From Rhizophagus irregularis (Eukaryota), in assembly GCF_026210795.1 (NCBI RefSeq), contig NC_089431.1, positions 2,790,001-2,854,000 of the forward strand: a stretch of 64,000 bases of DNA. Reading direction: 5' to 3'. The notes beneath the pieces were generated by a model, which was given only the letters and a program-made list of their open reading frames with translations, had not been told where the DNA came from and did no database searches. The translations under genes were made by a program, and so were the position numbers. Of the stretch, positions 13,671 to 28,190 are shown piece after piece. The first letter of the stretch is position 1. Each line of letters opens with the position of its first letter.

Positions 13671-14446
13671 TGTACATTTTTGTAAAAAAATTTATTCTCT
13701 TAAAAAAAAAAAACTTATTAAAAACATTTTCTGAAAAAAAAATTATCAATCAGATGTATATTAATAAAATATGTTACACCGAACAACTGAAATTCGAAAT
13801 CATTTGTAGACTTCTTTGGGAACTTGTCCCCCGAAGTTTTTTAAATAACTACATCAATTTGTGAAATAATTTTGTGTGATAATCGATGAATTAACATTAT
13901 TTAATATCATGTGATTGTGAGAATATTTATGATGCCATAAGTTCGTACCTCTCATTTATACCACGGAAATTATAAATGAAGACGCATAAAAATAATTTAG
14001 ATGTATTGATAAATTTTACTTGTAATTTTACCCGTAATTAAAAATTGTGGGCTAAAATTTTAATGTCTTAAGTCTTAACACGTGATCCAGATGAGCAGAT
14101 CATATTCATAATTAGCAATTACCTTTCAACAGGACGTTTCGTCGTTTCGTGCAATGTTTGCATAAAACATGTTTGCATAAATTAGTGACGGACTAATAAT
14201 AATTTATTGCAATACGGAAACCGTTGCTTCGTGTTTCGTTTGACATTTTTCTGTGTTCCCAATCCCTCCAAATTTTATATAAAGGAAAAATTGACATAAA
14301 AAAAAATCAAAAAAGGTACGTGACTGCGTGTTTAATTTTATTTATTTATTTTTTCTTTTTATTATTTTCTTTTACCTTTCTTCCTCTAATTTATTATTAT
14401 ATTACGGTGATATAATTTTTATAGTATATCAGTGCCACATAAAAAT

Positions 14447-16003
14447 ATGGAACGATTAAATTATCACAGTGAAAGTGAGTGGATTAATTGGCTTGATGAA
14501 GCAATTAAAAAGGAATATATAAAACTTTTTAAATTTGATCAATTTGAGAATATTAAAATTATTGGTTATGGCGGATTTGGTAAAGTATTCCGAGCGAAAT
14601 GGAAAAATACGGGAGATGTTTTTGCTTTGAAAGAATTTAAATATGATATGGCCGTTAAGGAAATCATCAATGAGGTAAAGTATAATTGTTCTTGTTTGAT
14701 TATTGCTAAGGATGGTAATTTAAGAAATTAATTACCTTTTCAGATCTACTTACAACGTAAAGTCGATTTTCATGAAAATATCATACGATTTCTTGGAATT
14801 ACTTGTGAAAATGGTAAAAATAAAATTGAATTTTCATTAGGACAGTGACATATATTAGCAAATATTATTTTCATAGAACGTTTACACCCCAGGTAAGGTT
14901 TATGACCAATCACAACCATTTCACATGGTTTATATTATGTGTAACTTAAGATTTTCTTTTTATTCCCACCACCCCTTAAAATATTAACTAATATATGTCA
15001 TTGCCCTTATTAATGATGACTTATTTATCGTTAATATTGTTAATTACTAGATAATTACACTCTTTCAAAAAATAAAAAATTCATGATTGTAATGGAATAT
15101 GCCGATGGAGGTTCTCTTAGAAACTATTTGAAACTTAATTTCAGTACTCTCATATGGGATAATAAATATCAATTTGCTTATCAAATTTCGAAAGCCTTGG
15201 AATGTTTACATAATGAAGAAATTCTACATTGTGACTTGGTAATTGAGTATAGTCTATATATTATTTTATATTTATATTATAATATTATCCTAACCAAGCA
15301 TTTTTCTTTTATAATAGAATTCCAATAATATCTTTGTTCATCAAAATAAAATTAAATTAGGTGATTTTGGATTATCCAAAAGAATTGAGGAAATATCAAA
15401 ATCTGGTTCAAAAATATTCGGGGTTATTCCTTACATCGACCCAAATAAATTTGATGAACAAAAAAATTATAAATTTAATAAAAAAAGTGATGTATATAGT
15501 CTTGGTGTAATACTTTGGGAGATATCAAGTGGAAAGCCTCCATTTAAGAATACGAAAAATAACGATCCACATTATGATATGTGGTTGGTAAAACACATTA
15601 TGGATGGTCATCGAGAAACAATTGTTAAGAATACACCTAGTGAATATATTGAACTTTATACTGGTAATTATAAATTACTGTAATTCTGAATATTTTTTTT
15701 TTTAATGTAGTATAAATTTTTGGAATAACTTCGAAAAAAAAAAAATTATTTTCAGCGTGTTGGGATCAAAAACCAAACGAACGTCCAACTGCTCAACAAG
15801 TCGTTACGAAACTGGAAGAAATTATGTCACAAAAAAATAAAATAAGTGACAATTTTGAGGAGGATAATTATCGAAAGAAGTTCAATGTAATAAAAATACC
15901 AATACAAGTTTTAGCGATTCTAGCATACATTTGGCAATTCCGAATAATTATACTAATTCATTTCAAGAAGCATCTAATAATATTATATCATCAAAAAAAT
16001 TAG
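14447..16003 (+). CDS. Single-domain TKL kinase D (paralog of E), with HCDL catalytic loop and frameshifted tail
   Basis: Five exons with GYGGFG, ALK, HCDL|NSNN and DFG. A 4-bp deletion near 15868 relative to E moves the stop from 16134 to 16003. Confidence 0.8.
14840..15006. mobile_element. PIF/Harbinger (Tourist-like) MITE in intron 2 of kinase D
   Basis: TIRs GGACAGTGACATATATTAG / CTAATATATGTCATTGCCC with a TTA duplication on both sides. The paralogous intron of kinase E is the empty site. Confidence 0.85.
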
Positions 16004-16486
16004 AAATCGATAAAGCGAGAGACTTCACTCACGAGAAAACTCTTGGAACTAAACAAATTTTTAGGTTTCGTATACCAAAACTCGGAAATAAAGTAAAAAA
16101 ACTACTAAGAAAATTAAAAATAAAGAAAACATAAATATTAGTAACTTACACATGTTAGTTATTCATAGGGATTTATAACACGTGGTGAAGGATTGATTTT
16201 TGTAAAGTAAAAAAAAACTTTAATGATTTATTTAGTGTAAATTGTAAACAACTCGTTAGAATATAGAAATTATTTATTTATACAAATATTTACTAGAACC
16301 CTTCTATTTAATATGTAATCATTAAAATTATCATGAAAATCTTGACTGTACGTAAATAATTTTTATTGGTTAATTCAATTAAATTAAATTTTACTTTATT
16401 TTACGCCATTTATAACCCTATTTAATAAATTTTTAAACGTAAATAAATAAAAAATCTATTATAAATTTCTTATATTGTAAAAACCT

Positions 16487-19068
16487 TCACAAATCTATTC
16501 TTTTTAATTGGCATTCCAATAAACCTTGATCATTAAAATATAAACTTTTTTCGCTAGCATTTTTTGGTTCAGATAAGATAAAGTCGAGCTGAAGAGGTTT
16601 GTTGGTAAATCTAAAACAAGTTTTATAAGCTTCTATAACACTAATCGATTCTACAAATATTTCTACATTATCTTTAGATAATTGATTAGGTCTAGCCCCA
16701 AGAGGTTGACTACGTCTTTTAAAATTAGCAGCTTCAAACTGGTGTTTTTTTAGTGGAATTGAAATAAATGTTTTAAGTTCTTCAAGTAGTTCTAAAGTAG
16801 TGGGTCGTTTTTCTGGATCAGCATCTAAACATTTTTGCATTAAATCATAATAGCATTTTGGAGTTCCAATTACATCATTTGGACGTACTCCATTAATTAT
16901 ATCAAGAATTAATTCATCCTCATTATCGATTTCACGATCAGAGTATGGTTCATCTCCTGATGCTAATTCCCACATTATAATACCAATACTATATATGTCT
17001 GATTTAATAGAAGTTATGTTTCCATTTCCTACTATAACTTCTGGAGCAACATATGGTAAATTACCATATTGTTGTTGTTCTATTGGAGATTTCAAATTGG
17101 CACATGAATCCAATTCGGAATTATATACTTCTACATTATGTTGTTCCCAATTATCCTCCCTATTATCTTCTTGAATTAATATATTTCCTGGATACAAATC
17201 ACGATGTATATAATTTTTCTTATGAATATTATTAAGATTTTCTACAATTTTTTGTAATATTGATAATCTTTTAAGCCAATTACATGGAAAATTTTTCCAT
17301 AAATATTCCCGAAAATTTCCACAATTCGCATATTTTAATACCATATAATAACATTTAGTTTCAGGATTTTGAGTAAATCCATAACAACATATAGCATTTT
17401 CAAATTCTAAATGTAACTTGAGATTTTTAATGGTTGATTTAGACCTAAATTCTCGCAAAATTATTTGAACTGGACCTGTTCTTAACCATTGTCGAGATTC
17501 GTTATCCCACTTTTCTCTTATTCCATCTAACCAAGTTGCAATATAAATTTTACAATATGAACCTTGTATAATAAATTCTATCTTTTTAAATCGATCATAA
17601 TCGATCCATTCAAAATATTTATCATATCTTGTTGCGTCAAGTTGAGAACTTTGAATAATTTCATCGAGTTCTTTGTTTTCACTCGTCCAATTAGGAAAAT
17701 TTTTCCGGAATGCTTGAGCTTCACATTCATGACACCAGTAATAATTTTTGAATTGCATTCCACATATTTTACATAACAAATTTGAGTCATAAATTGGACT
17801 ATCTGGGGTAGAAATAATACCTAATAATAATAAATAATTAATTAATTTAAAAATAATTAACAAAAAAAAAAAATTATTTTTTTTATTATTTTTAAAATTA
17901 CCTATTGGAGTTTTTTCTTTTTCGGTATCAATGGAAATGGGATTATTCGAACCTTCAAAAATTGGTTTAAGAGATATGGATTGTAATTGCAAATGAACTT
18001 GATCGATTAAAGGTCTAGATTCTGGTTCTGATTGCCAGCAATTAGCATAAATATTTATGTACCCTTCTGGAGTCCCTTTAATAAATTCTTCTTTCAAACC
18101 TTGACAAATATCAAGATATAAATTCAATTCCTCTTTATAATTATGAAAAGGCTTACGACAACTTGAAATTTCCCATAGTACCATTCCTAAACTATAAACG
18201 TCGGATCTTTTATCTAATGAAACATGCCGATGCTTTAATTTATGCGGATCAATAAATGGTAAAACTCCGAAGAACTTTCCACCAGACGACATTGTACTTT
18301 CTAAATCTTTAGATAAACCAAAATCCGATATTTTAATGTTACCATCGTTAATAAGAATATTTTTCGTATGCTAATATTTAGAAAAAAAAAAATCCATAAA
18401 TATATATTTAGTATAAAATTCAAACGTTTTAATTACAATATATTTTACAAAAATTATTACCAGGTCACGGTGTGCAATGTTCAATTTATGCAGATAACAA
18501 AGACCTTCTGCAATTTGAGTTGCGAGGTTTACTCTTTCTTTCCATTCAAAATCATTTTCGTTACGATTTTTTTCATTGATGAATTCACGTAAATTTCCTT
18601 GATTTGCATATTCTAATACCAAGTAATATAATTTTTTTTCAGCATCTGTAAAAATTTATATAATATTAGAGGCGTTACAAGAATTATAATAATTAAGATT
18701 AAACTAATGTTAACTTACTTCGGCTTATGCCATAAAATTGAATAATTCTTTTATTATTAATACGATTGTATATTTTTAACTAAATTTTAGATTGTGTCTT
18801 TAATTTTAATTTTTTTTTTTTGATAATTCAAATAAAGAGACAACGAACATACCTCAGTTATAAAAGTTTTTAGAGAATTATAATCATTCGAAATTATATT
18901 TACTTCTTTAATCGCTACTACAATTCCTTCAAGGGATTCACATTTTGTTTTATAAACTAAAGAAAATGAACCTTTACCTATTAGATCTTTATTGACAAAA
19001 TGTTCAGTTATTTCATTAATTTTATATTCGAAAATAGCAGATTGATACCAATCTTCATTTGAATTCAT
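16487..19068 (-). CDS. Tandem TKL kinase-pseudokinase C (apparently intact)
   Basis: Domain 1 has GKGSFS, VAIK, HRDL|HTKN and SDFGLSK. CKIC..WCHEC linker. Domain 2 has IILREF, HRDLYPGN, SELDSC and APE. 81-nt in-frame intron at 17821-17901. Confidence 0.88.
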
Positions 19069-20755
19069 AATTACAGAATAAAATTTTATACATTAATGGT
19101 TCAAATTCTTACAAGAGTATACCCATATATATATTATTTTTCTTATTCCAAAATAAGAAAATGTTATGATTTTAATCAACTTTGAACTTATTTCTAAATA
19201 AAAAATACTTCATTTTAGTGAATTACTTCTTTCTAAATAAGAACATTTCATAATTATTAAAATTTGAAAGTCATAGAATTACTTCTAAATAAAGGATTAT
19301 TCATGTTATTATCTTGATACTAAATAAGAAAATATTGCTACGGTTTATGAATATCTTATTATTAGCCACTGTACTACTTAACATTTACATTTCCAAAATA
19401 TTTAAAAAAAATTCCGAATACTAAAATAGATGTATTTTGAATGTACATTCACTAATATTTATATCGCACAACAATTTTTATGACAATAAAAAAATATTTG
19501 AAAGAAATAATCAATCATTACAATTTCTACTAAAATTAACATTATCCGTCAGCTGGTGACGAACTTCATTACTAAATATGAAAAGAGGATTTTAAGGTAT
19601 AATTGGGTTCTTTAGCAAATTATGGCTTGAGAATTGAATTCTTAATCAAGAATTGTGTTATCCCTGAGTTCAATTGAAAGTTTATTAAAAAAATACATTT
19701 ATAATTAAAATTAAAAAAAAAGGATTGGTGAAAATTAGCACATAATCTGTTCAATTAACAAACTTAGGTCTAAAATTATGTAGTTGGCATAATATTTTAA
19801 TTTAACAATATATAAAAATCTTACTTCCGACACTACTTCTAAACTCTTAAATAAATACGTTTCAATTTTATAGGAAAAATAATTTGGAACTAGTATCGAG
19901 AATTTTTTTACTTGAATCATGAATAAACTGAAAGTAAAAAAGAAAGGTATATTTCTTTAATAAAATAATTCGTTTTATGAACTAATGTTATTGTAAATTA
20001 TACTGTATAAAGATTATTATATCAATTTTAACATTATTCTTTAAACATTTGCCAGACAAGTTAAAATCACGTGCGTAACAGCACGTGATTTCAATGGATT
20101 AATATTCATTAATATATTAAATTGGAATTACAGTACATTATTAAAATATACTGTGAGTATACTTCTCGCTTATTATATATGAGTTGGAGCAAAGCATGAA
20201 ATGTGAAGGGAAGAATTAACGCGGTTGAAAAATTACTCCCTAATTGAATTCGAATCGATTGGAATAAGATTGTAATATTATAAAAATTTTCGATAAATCA
20301 AAAAATAATATTTCTAGAAAATCCTTAAGATAAAAAAATATTATTAATTACTTTGGCGATATAAAAACAAATATAAACTTACAAGATTTAATCCATCTTC
20401 CGCATCAAGAGCTAAAGGAGGAATAGAAACATATATTCGGTCCTGAAATGTTGGAACATTAAAAAGATCCTAATTAAAATATGGAGTAAGTTTTAATTCG
20501 AACACTACAGTCACTACTATCGATCAAAGAAATTTATTCCCTTAATTTAAACTTTACTATATCACTAAATCTATTTTCATTATCGTTTATCTCTCTTTTT
20601 CTTTTTTTAAAGACTGAAAGCAATAAAAATTCTGGCGATAATATTATCATTAAAAATCAATAAATCAATAATACATCAATATATTTTAATGGAATATATT
20701 TTAAATATTAATTTACAAATAAATGCACAAGTATTGTATACCCTATTGTAAGTCT

Positions 20756-21160
20756 TTATTTTATATAATCGTGTTTATAAGACTCATTTGCTTTAATCAC
20801 ACCTTTTAATGTTTTAAAATAACTTGCATCCAAATAAAATTCTTCCAACATAGCCTCTAGTCTCTCAATCCTACCTTTTGTAGTTATTTCCAATATTTCG
20901 ATTCTTTTCTTTGTATCATTTTTGTCTACATCTTTGTATAAGACTTTGTCATTTTCGTCTGCATTTTCGTTGTTTGGAAAAGAGGGAAAGGAATCAACCA
21001 AAGAAATTTTAGCCCTAGAAACATATCGTTTAGCTAATTTTCTTTCATATTCTCTGCGAATATCCCAGCAACACATGTAATTTTGTGTGAGGCCCCTATA
21101 ATTAAGGCAACAATAGAGCAATGAATCACAACGTTGTTTGAAATGTCCACTAACTTAATA
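20756..21160 (-). pseudogene. Orphan 3' fragment of an unknown protein gene
   Basis: Open frame with protein-like composition (..RIERLEAMLEEFYLDASYFKTLK..), but no convincing start or upstream exons. Confidence 0.4.
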
Positions 21161-22784
21161 AAACGGTAACACAAAATGTCCTTATCCGCATCAAAAAATA
21201 TCAATAGCTCAATAGCTCAATAGATATACATGTAATCCAAAAAAGTAAAATATTAATTTTTTTTATCGGTTTATTTGGTCAAATATCGTAATTTTAGAGA
21301 TTTTAAGTTGTTTTGATAATCAATAAAGGGGGGGGGTTTATATTTTAGCTAATTGGCATCTTATCTTAATGAAACTCTAATTTACTCTATTCAAAAATAG
21401 TTACATTAAATTTAATGAATCAACTAAAAAAAATTATTTTTTTTTCAAATTCCTGAGAAAAAGTTTAATAAAAAGGGAATTAAAGTTGAAAATTTTCTAA
21501 ATATTGGCTCATATACAAAAACAATATGAACAATCGTTAACAAGTTTTTCGCATCGTATTGTGTTTATGTACATCCTGAAAATGAAAAAGTTCGTATACA
21601 TGATGATGATCTTGAAATTTGAGTTTGTTGTCTAATATTATTCTTTCATTGGTTTGTTGATTTTACTTAACAAGAAATATCAAAAATTTCAATCTTTCAT
21701 CTTGTAATTCTGATCTTTTTTAATTTGTCAGCATTAATATTATAACATTCCAATTTAGTAGTATTATAATATGCCATGCATAACTTGTTTAATCATTCTC
21801 ATTGATGAATATTCAGATCTCCTCTTTTAAAAAATATACTTAGCTAAACTTCGATCTCAGTTTTTTTTTAAAAAACCATAAAATATTCTGGGTTAAACCC
21901 AATTTTACCTGATTTAAAAATAAAGTTTGTGTAATTGTCAAAATTAGCCTAATTTTTACCGTTCTTATACTAGTAATTACAGCGATCATTTATTTTACAT
22001 TATTTAGAATTTTACCGTTCTTATACTAATTTATATAGTGGTCATTTAATTTGGTGAAGATGGCTGAATTATATTTTACATTATTTAGAATGTAAATATA
22101 TAATTGCAAAAGGGTTACTATTATAACTATTGTAATTACTTGAATATTCTTTAGATTTGTTCGCGAATGGTTCAATTGTAATTTGTAAAAGTAATTTTGT
22201 AATCCAATTTAATTTATTACATTATTGCACGATTTTAAAGTCCATTTGAAATTAAAGAAACGTGTAAACTCCGACATTCTTCTTATATAAAAACTCTGAT
22301 TTTAATAACTCACAAAAAAAAGGAGAATTATTTTTAAGAGTTTATTTATATGGAAATGAATTATTAATAAATTTATGTTGAACGCAAAAATTGCTTTAGA
22401 TCCATATTTTATCTCAGTAATTATTAAGGCTATAAAAATAAAATTTAATCCCATTAAATTCCTATTATTGAAAAAATTTTAATGAATATAAATTTTATTG
22501 AATTTACTAAAATACGACAAAAATGGGATAATGCTTAGTATGTTGTTTAAAGCCCTTCAGTTATAATGTTAGTTATCTGTGGCGTGGATAATCATACCAT
22601 TTTTATCATTTTCCGGAATGTGAGTCACCATGCATGACATCCCATTTTGGACAGTCCCATTCCAAGCTATTACTATTGGGGAAGAAACTTTATTAAACAT
22701 GAAAAAAATTTTTTCTTTACAAAAATCAATATTTCACCTCCCTATAACCCTTACTATGTTTCACTTATATAAGTTACAACGATA

Positions 22785-24377
22785 TTAATGTTTTATGATT
22801 TGCTTTACTTTCAGTTTACTTAGTAGTTTTTTTACTTTATTTCCGAGTTTTGGCGTACGAAACCTAAGAATTTGTTTAGTTCCAAGAGTTTTCTTATTAA
22901 TAAAACCTCTCGCTTTATCGGTTTCTAATTTTTCGGATGATATTATATTATTAGATATTTCCTGAAATAAATTATTATCTTTATCCAAAATTGTTAAATG
23001 TATGCTAGAATTACTAAAACTTGTATTGGTATTTTTATTACACTGAATTTCTTTCGATAATTGATTATCCTCCTCAAAATTGTCCCCTAATATATTTTTT
23101 TGTGACATAATTTTTTCCAATTTCGTAACGACTTGTTGAGCAGTTGGGCGTTCGTCTGGTTTTTGATCCCAACACGCTGAAAATAAATTTTATTTTTTTC
23201 GATGTTATTCCAGAAATTATACTACGTTAAAAAAGAAAATTCAGAATTAATTTATAATTACCAGTATAAAGTTTAATATATTCAATAGGTGTATTCTTAA
23301 CAACTGTTTCTCGAAAACCTTGCATAATTTTTATTGCTAAACATATTTCATAATGTGGATCGTTATAATCTGTATTCTTAAATGGAGGTTTGCCACTTGA
23401 TATTTCCCAAAGTATTACACCAAGACTATATATATCACTTTTTTTATTAAATTTATAATTTTTTTGTTCAAATTTATTTGGGTCGATGTAAGGAATAACG
23501 CCAATTGTTTCTGAACCAGATTTTGATATTTCCTCAATTCTTTTGGATAATCCAAAATCACCTAATTTAATTCTATTTTGATGAACAAAAATATTATTGG
23601 AATTCTATTATAAAAGAAAATGCTTGATTAGGATAATATTATAATATTAATGTAAATAATTTATTTATTATGCTCAATTACCAAGTCACGGTGTAGAATT
23701 TCTTCATTATGTAAACATTCCAGAGCTCTTACAATTTGATATGCTAATTGATATTTATTATCCCATGTGAGAGTACTGAAATTAAGTTTCAAGTAGTTTC
23801 TAAGAGAACCTCCGTCGGCATATTCCATTACAATCATGAATTTTTTATTTTTTAAAAGAGAGTAATTATCTAGTAATTAACAATATTAGTAATAAATAAG
23901 TTGTCATTAATTAAGAAAATTCAAATTATTAAATTTTATTCTTACCATTTTCATAGGTAATTCCAAGGAATCGTACGATATTTTCATGAAAATCGACTTT
24001 ACGTTGTAAGTAGATCTAAAAAGATAAATAAAATTCGATTCTATCACAAAGGCTGATCTATTTACTTTTATAAAATTTGTCGAATTTCATGATCAACGTG
24101 CGCAAAGCTTTTTGTTGAAGAATTCTGAACAGGAACAATTACACTTTACCTCATTGATGATTTCTTTAACAGCGGTATTATATTTAAATTCTTTCAAAGC
24201 TAAAATATTTCCCGTATTTTTCCAGTTAGCTCGAAATACTTTGCCGAATCCGCCGGAACCGATAATTTTAACATTATTAAATTGATCATATTTATAATAT
24301 TTTATATGTTCCTTATTAATTGCTTCATCAAGCCAATTAATCCACTCGCTTTCATTTTGACAATTTAATTGTTCCAT
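22785..24377 (-). CDS. Single-domain TKL kinase E (apparently intact) with a basic C-terminal tail
   Basis: Five exons with GSGGFG, ALK, HRDL|NSNN, DFG and WEISSG. Tail RFRTPKLGNKVKKLLSKLKVK. Confidence 0.88.
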
Positions 24378-25137
24378 ATTTTATTTGAAAAATTATAATT
24401 TGTATAAAATTTTTATAGGAAAAACTGACAGCCTATAATTCCTATTATATCACGGTGATATATTTTTTATTTATTTGTATAATATTTATTGATTTTTTTT
24501 TTTTATTTATTTATTTATTTTTCACCCTATTTATATAGAAACTTTTGCATGTATAAAAAAATACCTTGCTATTATGAAAAAAAAAAAAAAGTCTTTTTTT
24601 GTATAAAAAAAATGATTTTGTTCACACAAATATACAAAAAATCGTATTTATATTATTTTGGATCATTTTGTACGTTTTTTTAATATATTGACTTTTTTTT
24701 ATATTGTTGACTTTTTTTTTTATTATGGTTGGTTGACTTTTTTTTTATATTACGCGGGTTCAATCGAAAATAACGACGCTAAACATTTTTGTAAGTTTGA
24801 CGTTGAACGTTACCCGGAATTTAACATTACTCTGCATTCTGTATTTAATTAATTACCAATTATGATGTCTTTATTGGTTATTCTGTATTTCTAAATTAAG
24901 CTTAAACTAAATTGTTTTCCGATTATTGTCATGATCTAAACATTTTTGTTATTTTTCTACGTAGAAAAAAATTACAATTTAAATGGTTAGTGTTTTGTTT
25001 AAAACGTACTTATTTACACAAGATTTAAAATTTGCGTGAGTTCATTTGTCTGGTGGGTAACTCAAGTGTTGAAAATGGAATTCATCCCCCGCAATTTTTT
25101 TCACAGTCACGTGATAGCTTTTAATTCTTATTCGACC

Positions 25138-26244
25138 AGGACCCCGGATAATTATAATAGAGGTCACATCCGCAGTACTAATTAAAAATTCAATGAAATA
25201 TACATAATTTTTGCCGTTTTGATATACATTTTTATCATATGACCTTTATACGTATTAAAAATATCCTTTTTTATCATATGACTTTAATAATATTTTTTTT
25301 TACAATATTATATTTCATATTAAATTTATTCAGCATCATCATTTAATCGACTTTGTAGCAATAATCAATTGTAATTTATCTATAATTGAATTAAAAAAAT
25401 TATAGATTGCCATTTCTTTTTTTCCTACAATTAAAAATCCCATATTTTCAGTAATATTTTCGCAATTTCCTAAATAATAATGATCAAATAACTAGGAATA
25501 TGTAAAAACAAAACATATTTTGGTTCATCCATTGGAAAACATCCAAAAATATTTGGAATCTGTTCTATATAAACATGTACTGAAATATAAAAAAGTGAAT
25601 CAATACAGCTAGTACTATCAACATAAGAATGATAATTTGTTAATTTATGATACATAGCCAAAAATTGAACAAGTCAAATTTTTAATCCCAAAAGTGCAAA
25701 TGCATAACCACCATGATTGGTGGAATTTTCTAAAGTAACATTTGCAACGCTAATGCTTAGCAAAGCTAAATAAATTATAATATAAATTATAAATTAATAT
25801 AAATTTGCAAACAATAACCAGTGAATTTTACCTGATATCTTTCCAATACTTCTAAACATGTTCTATTTTGCCATCTTTTAGTTTTTAAATTTCCAGTTTT
25901 TGTGCCATCATTTTGAGCCAAAGCAACTAAGTAAATTTGATAAATTATGATAAATTTATCTAATATAAAATGTATTTTTCTCATTTGCTATTTATATTGA
26001 AAATTGATGTAACATTGCATATGATATTTCCTAAATATACGCTTTTATTAGAAAAATCACATGTGACCTTAAAATTTTGTCTAAAATTATATACTTTTTT
26101 TACTGTGACCTAATTTGGCGGTACTCTATTTTGACATGTAACTTTTTTTTAAAATACCCGTTTTTTCATATGACCTTTCCATTAAAAATGCAAAATTATA
26201 TACTTTTTTTGCATATGACCTTTATTATAATTATCCGGGGTCCT
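25138..26244. mobile_element. 1.1-kb non-autonomous TIR element (hAT- or Mutator-like) nested in an older MITE (~25078-26345)
   Basis: 32-bp TIR AGGACCCCGGATAATTATAATA(G/A)AGGTCA(C/T)AT, flanked by duplicated ATTCGACC. Outer TIR GAATTCATCCCCCGCA / TGCGGGGGGGGTAATTC. Confidence 0.85.
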
Positions 26245-27634
26245 ATTCGACCCTTATTTGTCACTGTTATTTTTTACGTGTTAGTGCATAATGCCGTAAT
26301 GCGGCCTTGTGTGCAAAATTTTGGCGGTGCGGGGGGGGTAATTCAATTTTGTTAGTTTTTTATGTTTTTAATAAACTAGGGAAGGAATTCATTAAATTCA
26401 TTGGTAGTTTTTTCAACACATATATATTACTTGGCAAATAATAAAATTATTAAGAGTCTCATTTAATTATTAATATATTACTAGTTGTAACCTGTTACTT
26501 CGCACTAGGAATGCTGGCTGGAACTATATTATCGTTATATAAATTTCACTTTTTTTAATTTGTTTAACGTCACATAATAAATGCATTTTTTAAAAGATTA
26601 AATGGATTGATTTTGTATAATTATAAGATCTTTTCAACCCATCCTTCTTTTTCTATGAATGTTCCCATATATGATGCAGTTTTAATAATTCTGATCTATT
26701 TAACATATTATACATAATATTATTTTAGCTTTCTTTCACATTTACATTATTAGAATACAAAATCATTATTTAAATAAAATATTATAAAATATGAAATATA
26801 AAATGAAATTATTTTTATAAGATACCTATTGCAATAGCTGTAAATCTTTTAAGCTATCATTTGAATTTACACATTATGGAGTTAAGGATATAATACAGCT
26901 TAAAACTTGTAATAATTGTCATCAAAAACTTGAGAAAAACCAGAAAACCTTTATAGAAATAAAAAATTGCTAATATGATATTTTGTATTAATTTTTTAAG
27001 TAAAATAATTGCAAATCTCTTAGAAAATATATTATCTAATAACTAAGAATTGTTATTACATTGCTAAATAAACAATAATATCACTTTAAATAATAAAACT
27101 TTTACTAAGAAAATTGTAAACAAAATCATTAAATTAATTGAAAATACTAAATAATCAATAATATCAATAGTATTTATTATTTACAGTAATTTAACAATAA
27201 TTAACATTATAAATTATTTTATTCATTTTTTAAATAAAGTTTATTATTTAGTACTATATTTTATTTTAATAAAATTATAATTTAATTTTAATTAATTAAT
27301 TAACTTTATAAATTAAAAATTTATATATATAATGAAGTTTTTAATATACATAAAATATCTTTAAAATTAATATTTATATTAAAATTACTTAACATATGGG
27401 CCGATCCTTGGAATCTAATTTTTTTACACAAAAATAATTTTATTAAAGCAAATATAAATTATCCTTTATATAAGAATAATAAATTTATACCAGATAATGC
27501 AAAAAAAACTAATTAATTATATAATTTTTAATTTTTTTTTAATATAAGATATCATTAAAATTTAAAAGATCAAATATAACTCTCATGACAAAATCATTGA
27601 TAATTCTTCGTAGAAATAAGCTATACAAATAAAT

Positions 27635-28190
27635 TTACATTCATTTGAAAGAGAAAATCGAGATCTATCTAATGAATCTAAAATCAAGTGAATTGAATCA
27701 CTAGTTGTTCAGTAATCACGTTCAGTATATTATTGAATTTTATCTAAATTTGATCATTAATTACTTTACATATAGTGATTCAATTTGAATGATCTTTGCT
27801 CCCTAAGGTGATGCCAACTTTTATCTTTAAAATAAATTTAAAATAATTCGTTTAATATATGTAGATGTTTAGGAATCATCAATTATATTATTAATATAAA
27901 ATTTTATAAGTTTGATAAAATCTGATATAAAAAAATTTATTAAATACCTGTAGATGCAAGCTACACGAATGAAATTATATTCATTTGAAAGAGAAAATTG
28001 AGGTCTATCTAATAAGCCTAAAATCGAATGAATTGAATCACTGGATTGTGAATAATTACGTCTAATATATTTATTTTTAATTTTTAAATTTGATTTGACT
28101 TTGATCGTTAATTACACCTCATCCAGTGATCCAATTTTCCTGATCTTTGATTCTTACGATAGAGCAAATTCTCAGCTTTCAAATGAATGT
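27635..28190. repeat. Tandemly duplicated ~200-bp transposon-internal module with fold-back ends
   Basis: TTCATTTGAAAGAGAAAAT.GAG.TCTATCTAAT occurs at ~27640 and ~27980. ATTCATTTGAAAG...CTTTCAAATGAAT form an inverted pair. Confidence 0.6.

Noticed and set aside
14877..14892. Micro-exon AG|AACGTTTACACCCCAG|GTAAGG in kinase D
   Set aside because: At 16 nt it would break the frame. It lies inside the MITE and is absent from paralog E.
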